DNA of 64,000 nucleotides, from NCBI GenBank assembly GCA_963813025.1, contig CAWEXO010000013.1, positions 672,001-736,000 on the forward strand, read 5' to 3'. The notes under the pieces are model-generated. The model was not told where the DNA came from and made no database searches. It saw nothing but the letters and a program-made list of their open reading frames with translations. Source of the DNA: an uncultured Verrucomicrobiae bacterium (GTDB lineage Bacteria; Verrucomicrobiota; Verrucomicrobiia; Chthoniobacterales; JAFAMB01). Below are positions 60,677 through 64,000 of this stretch, in pieces (positions within the stretch are counted from its first letter, which is position 1; every line of letters starts with the position of its first letter). The position numbers were made by a program, and so were the translations under genes.

Positions 60677-62170
60677 TTATTGCGGTGTCAAGACGGGGAG
60701 TTCCTGCACCCTCATGATCGGCGGCGGGTTCCATTTGCCAGTCAGCGCTTCGGACTTCGGAGCATAGAGGCGCAGGCAAAGGTTGAAAGGCCCTTTGGGA
60801 GCCGGAAGCCAATTCGCTTCCTTTTCTGCACCTGGGCTCTCATTTTGAAAATAGAGATCGAGCGACCCGTCCGGATTGTACTGGAATGGCATCCAGCTAC
60901 TGACGGCGAAACGGTTGAGGGTATTCGCGACCTGAAAGCCTTCCTGGTCGTAGAGTGTGATCGACCAGAAAGAGTTCACCGGCGGAATGGTCGCTTTGTC
61001 GAAGTGGATCGTGTACTTGTTCGCACCGTCGAGCGGTTTGCCAGACTCGTCGCCAAGGTTCAAGGGGTAAATCGCATCCTCGGGCAGGTTCGCCCCGAGG
61101 CCTAATTGCGCGACAATGGCGCGTTTAAGGTAGTAGTTGCCATAAACGCCCATCGTATCGGTGTTCATCGACCAGCCGTTAACGACTCTGGCGACGGTCG
61201 GGATCTTCCATTCCATCAGCTTCTGCGCGGCCTTCGGCACGTCCTCGAGCGCCTTCTTCACGACGGGATCGACCTTGTAGAGGTCGAAGCTCTTGCCGAG
61301 TTCGATGCCGATGCGCTTCATCCTCGCGATGATCGGTTGATCGGTGATGTGCGGCGGCTGCAGCTTCATGACTTCTGCTGCGTAAGCAAAGTATTTACCG
61401 GCCGGCATCGTGTCGACCTGGACCTTCGGCGGAGTCTTCATGTCCACGCTAGGGTCGATCTTGACCTGGACCGCCTTGGGCGACTTTCCCCACTGGGAAA
61501 GCGGCGTGATCTTGTAGCCAGCCTGGATCTGGTGAACCGCCTCGTAGTCCTGCGGGCCGTCCGTTTTCGTACGGCCGATGATCCAAACATAGGGAGTGGG
61601 AGCGTCGATGCGCTGAGTATTCGGCGGAAGGCTGGAATCCTCAACGAGCCGATCTCTCAAATCGGGTCGCCACCCGGGCGGAACGACAATGAAATTGCCG
61701 GCGTTTGTGCCGGTCGTGCGCCACCCCGGCGAGGCGAACACATCTGTCCACATGTCGAGCATCGGCAGCAGGTAATAGCGACCGCCCGTATCTGGAACCG
61801 ATACGATCATCGGCTCCTCAGTGAGGTCCAGCCATCCGGAGGAGTAGAGCGTGTCGAAATTCGGCCGGACAACGACTTTCAGGTCCGCTGAGGGATACTC
61901 AGGAATGTTTGCGAACGAGTTCATTGGCCCACCAAGTCCTTTCCCCGGCTCGACATTGCTGAGTTGTTTGCGCGTTATGTCCATGGTGACGAGCGGGTAA
62001 AAATAGAGGTAAGCGTCGACTCCGATCGCGTAGGCCTCCTGCTCAGCGGCGGACTGTTGCGCTTCGGCTGCGTCTACAGAAATTGGAACTACTACAAAGG
62101 TGAACGAAAGGGCTATCGCCCAAAAAAAAGGTGAGATGGTCCTGTTTACGTAGAAGGCTTGTTCTTTCAT
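60677..62170 (-). CDS. DUF1254/DUF1214 exported protein
   Basis: AYLYFYPLV, PNFDTLYS, GLGANLPEDAIY, FWSITLY, NWLPAP. Confidence 0.9.
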   Translation of the reverse strand: MKEQAFYVNRTISPFFWAIALSFTFVVVPISVDAAEAQQSAAEQEAYAIGVDAYLYFYPLVTMDITRKQLSNVEPGKGLGGPMNSFANIPEYPSADLKVVVRPNFDTLYSSGWLDLTEEPMIVSVPDTGGRYYLLPMLDMWTDVFASPGWRTTGTNAGNFIVVPPGWRPDLRDRLVEDSSLPPNTQRIDAPTPYVWIIGRTKTDGPQDYEAVHQIQAGYKITPLSQWGKSPKAVQVKIDPSVDMKTPPKVQVDTMPAGKYFAYAAEVMKLQPPHITDQPIIARMKRIGIELGKSFDLYKVDPVVKKALEDVPKAAQKLMEWKIPTVARVVNGWSMNTDTMGVYGNYYLKRAIVAQLGLGANLPEDAIYPLNLGDESGKPLDGANKYTIHFDKATIPPVNSFWSITLYDQEGFQVANTLNRFAVSSWMPFQYNPDGSLDLYFQNESPGAEKEANWLPAPKGPFNLCLRLYAPKSEALTGKWNPPPIMRVQELPVLTPQ

Positions 62171-62270
62171 CGGCGGCGTATCTTCGTTACCTAGGGGGTT
62201 GTACTTTGATTGCAGTCTAAAGGAGAGACCACGTTCGTAATTGCGAGTCGGTGCACCAGGAACCGTTTTT

Positions 62271-63434
62271 TCACGGCATCCCCGGTAGTCCATCCCGGAT
62301 GCGGCTCGAGAAAGCCGGATCGTGGTCGGCAGTGCGAGCGCGGTCGTTAATGTAGCTTAGGCGCTTGAGTTCTGCAAAAGGCAGCGCCGTGTCGATCGCC
62401 CCGAGTTCGTAGGCGTGTTCGTCGATCGAGCCATTGACCAGGAGCTGCCAGTCCCAGGGGTGGGCCGAGCCGATGTGCTTGATGTGGAGTCGGATGTTCG
62501 AAGTGCAATTGCTCAAGAGCTCGTTGTACCATTGCGCTCGCTCGTGGAGCTCGTTGGCGCTTTGGAGGTAATCAAGGAAAAGGGCTCGGGACCGTTCCGG
62601 GGTCGCCGGAATCAGGTGATAGAGATAGACGTCTTCCAGCCGGTAATTGGTGCGCAGCCGCACGATATCGCGCTCGTCGCCGATGACGTAATAGAGCTCG
62701 AACTGCCGGTACAAACCGGCGAGTGCCGAATAAAGCTGGCCCTTCGTCATCCGCGTCTCGATCGAAATGCAGACGTAGCCCTCCGGACCGAAGTCGAAGC
62801 TCACGAACGTGTGGCAGATGAGCTTTGATCCCCAGTAGTTGGTAAAGAAATCAACCGTCCGCAGATTAGAAAGGTGGACGGTCTTGGTTTCCCATCGCGG
62901 GCTGAAGTCGGTTCTGCTTTTGTAGTCGAAGTCGCGGAAGCTGTGGATCACGACCCGGTCACCCTCAATTTCGGCATAGGGTGTCTCGGCCACGTCCGGC
63001 TGCCAGTCGCGCGTATTGGAAGGGCGAATCGTGAGCCACCACGCGGCGAGCAGCGCAATTGCGAGGGCAACCCCGAGCTGTGCCCGCCAGTGGGGTCGCA
63101 CGAACGCGAGCGCTGCGATCGCACTCAGCCCAAAAACAGCCGCCAAAGGTTGACGCAACGCCGGGACCGGGAAATCGAACCAGAGCGCGCCGAAGGCCCA
63201 CGCGATGCCGATCAGCAATACCAGCCAGACCACACTCAATAGGAGCAAACGAACCAAAAGAAGGCACACCTGCGTGGCGCGGGCCTTCACGGTGGGCTCA
63301 GAGGATTGCATCAGGCTGGTTAGAGCTTTAATGGGGTCGTGTCTTCTCAGTTGGTGAAGTCGCGGCGATTCCAATGACGGTAGGATTTTTTCTCTCGGAG
63401 GCGAGCGATCTGCCCATTCGCTGCTTTTTGACAT
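62271..63434 (-). CDS. DUF4105 (Lnb N-terminal-like) membrane protein
   Basis: PSNTRDW, HTFVSF, ERDIVRLRTN, YNELLSNCT; true start may be further downstream. Confidence 0.85.
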   Translation of the reverse strand: MSKSSEWADRSPPREKILPSLESPRLHQLRRHDPIKALTSLMQSSEPTVKARATQVCLLLVRLLLLSVVWLVLLIGIAWAFGALWFDFPVPALRQPLAAVFGLSAIAALAFVRPHWRAQLGVALAIALLAAWWLTIRPSNTRDWQPDVAETPYAEIEGDRVVIHSFRDFDYKSRTDFSPRWETKTVHLSNLRTVDFFTNYWGSKLICHTFVSFDFGPEGYVCISIETRMTKGQLYSALAGLYRQFELYYVIGDERDIVRLRTNYRLEDVYLYHLIPATPERSRALFLDYLQSANELHERAQWYNELLSNCTSNIRLHIKHIGSAHPWDWQLLVNGSIDEHAYELGAIDTALPFAELKRLSYINDRARTADHDPAFSSRIRDGLPGMP

Positions 63435-64000
63435 CGTGTTCCTGTGTGGCGCTCACCGCGGTTAAATTCAAGCGAAGGATGCGTTTTAACTCGGTGACGG
63501 TCTGAGGAAGAGCAAACGAACCGTGAGGACCAGGCACGATCAGTTCCGACCTGGCACCGGTCATGTGCGAGCTCCAATAGGCAACCACGCCGTCCGAACT
63601 GTTCGGCGTATCGCCTCTCCCACGGTCTCCCGCGATGGTGTGGTACGGCGCATGGATCGGGAGCGTGTCGAGCCCGCGAAGCACAGGAGATCGCGGCGAA
63701 AGGCCGTTGATGCCCGTCGGCATGTGTTTAATGCCGACGTCCCTCTCGAGCGGAGCGGTGACCACGTCCACGGCTCCGCTCAACAGTTTGGCCGGCAGGC
63801 TAATGAGACCGGTGCCGAACGAACCGATCCAGTTGATCGCCAGATCGCTGCCTCGATGAGGGACGCAAATGAACACTATCCTTTGCACCCGGGGGCTCGC
63901 GTCAAAGATCAGTGCTCGCTTAACGACGTTATCCGGTGGCAACTTGGCGTAGAGCCGATCCGCATCACCTTGGAAAACACGGTCCCAGAGGACGCGTCTG
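63328..64000 (-). CDS. Alpha/beta hydrolase, C-terminal part (truncated by window edge)
   Basis: FICVPHRGS, SDGVVAYWSSH, SELIV..H. Confidence 0.78.
   Translation of the reverse strand, partial: RRVLWDRVFQGDADRLYAKLPPDNVVKRALIFDASPRVQRIVFICVPHRGSDLAINWIGSFGTGLISLPAKLLSGAVDVVTAPLERDVGIKHMPTGINGLSPRSPVLRGLDTLPIHAPYHTIAGDRGRGDTPNSSDGVVAYWSSHMTGARSELIVPGPHGSFALPQTVTELKRILRLNLTAVSATQEHDVKKQRMGRSLASERKNPTVIGIAATSPTEKTRPH

Noticed and set aside
59296..64000. tRNA-anchored genomic island or prophage
   Set aside because: No integrase, phage genes or duplicated tRNA 3' end are visible within the window.

Overview
GC-rich bacterial chromosomal window. Gene content and repeat style suggest a soil Verrucomicrobiota (Chthoniobacterales-like) genome; this is inference only. 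1-22 kb is a compact glycogen-to-lactate and ion-pumping cluster: glgP, glgX, ATP-PFK, D-LDH, a V/A-type ATPase operon in the rotated order B-D-I-K-E-DUF2764-A, DUF1326/DUF2182, lactate permease, a CtpF-like P-type ATPase and pyk. Next come a TetR/DUF4188 pair, a mycobacterial Sdh1-like succinate dehydrogenase operon, a ytfQRT-yjfF sugar ABC system with a LacI regulator, and two tandem repeat arrays beside a RAYT-type Y1 HUH transposase. After tsaA and a Na+/H+ antiporter lies a rearranged zone: sdhC, an in-frame SdhA'-'DASS transporter chimera, an internally deleted IS3 and a recombinase remnant. The right part holds aceA with a neighbouring reductase, paoABC-mocA, an M48 peptidase, opgC, a His-rich mini-protein, an APH-like kinase coupled to a catalytically divergent enolase, tRNA-Ser(UGA) and DUF4239/DUF1254/DUF4105 genes. 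Many genes carry small frameshifts, often at homopolymer runs, which suggests long-read consensus errors. The best candidates for new biology are the kinase + divergent enolase pair, the glycogen-lactate-V-ATPase island, and the RAYT with its GGGACAGGTCC repeat family. All calls come from motif recognition by eye; no database searches were run.
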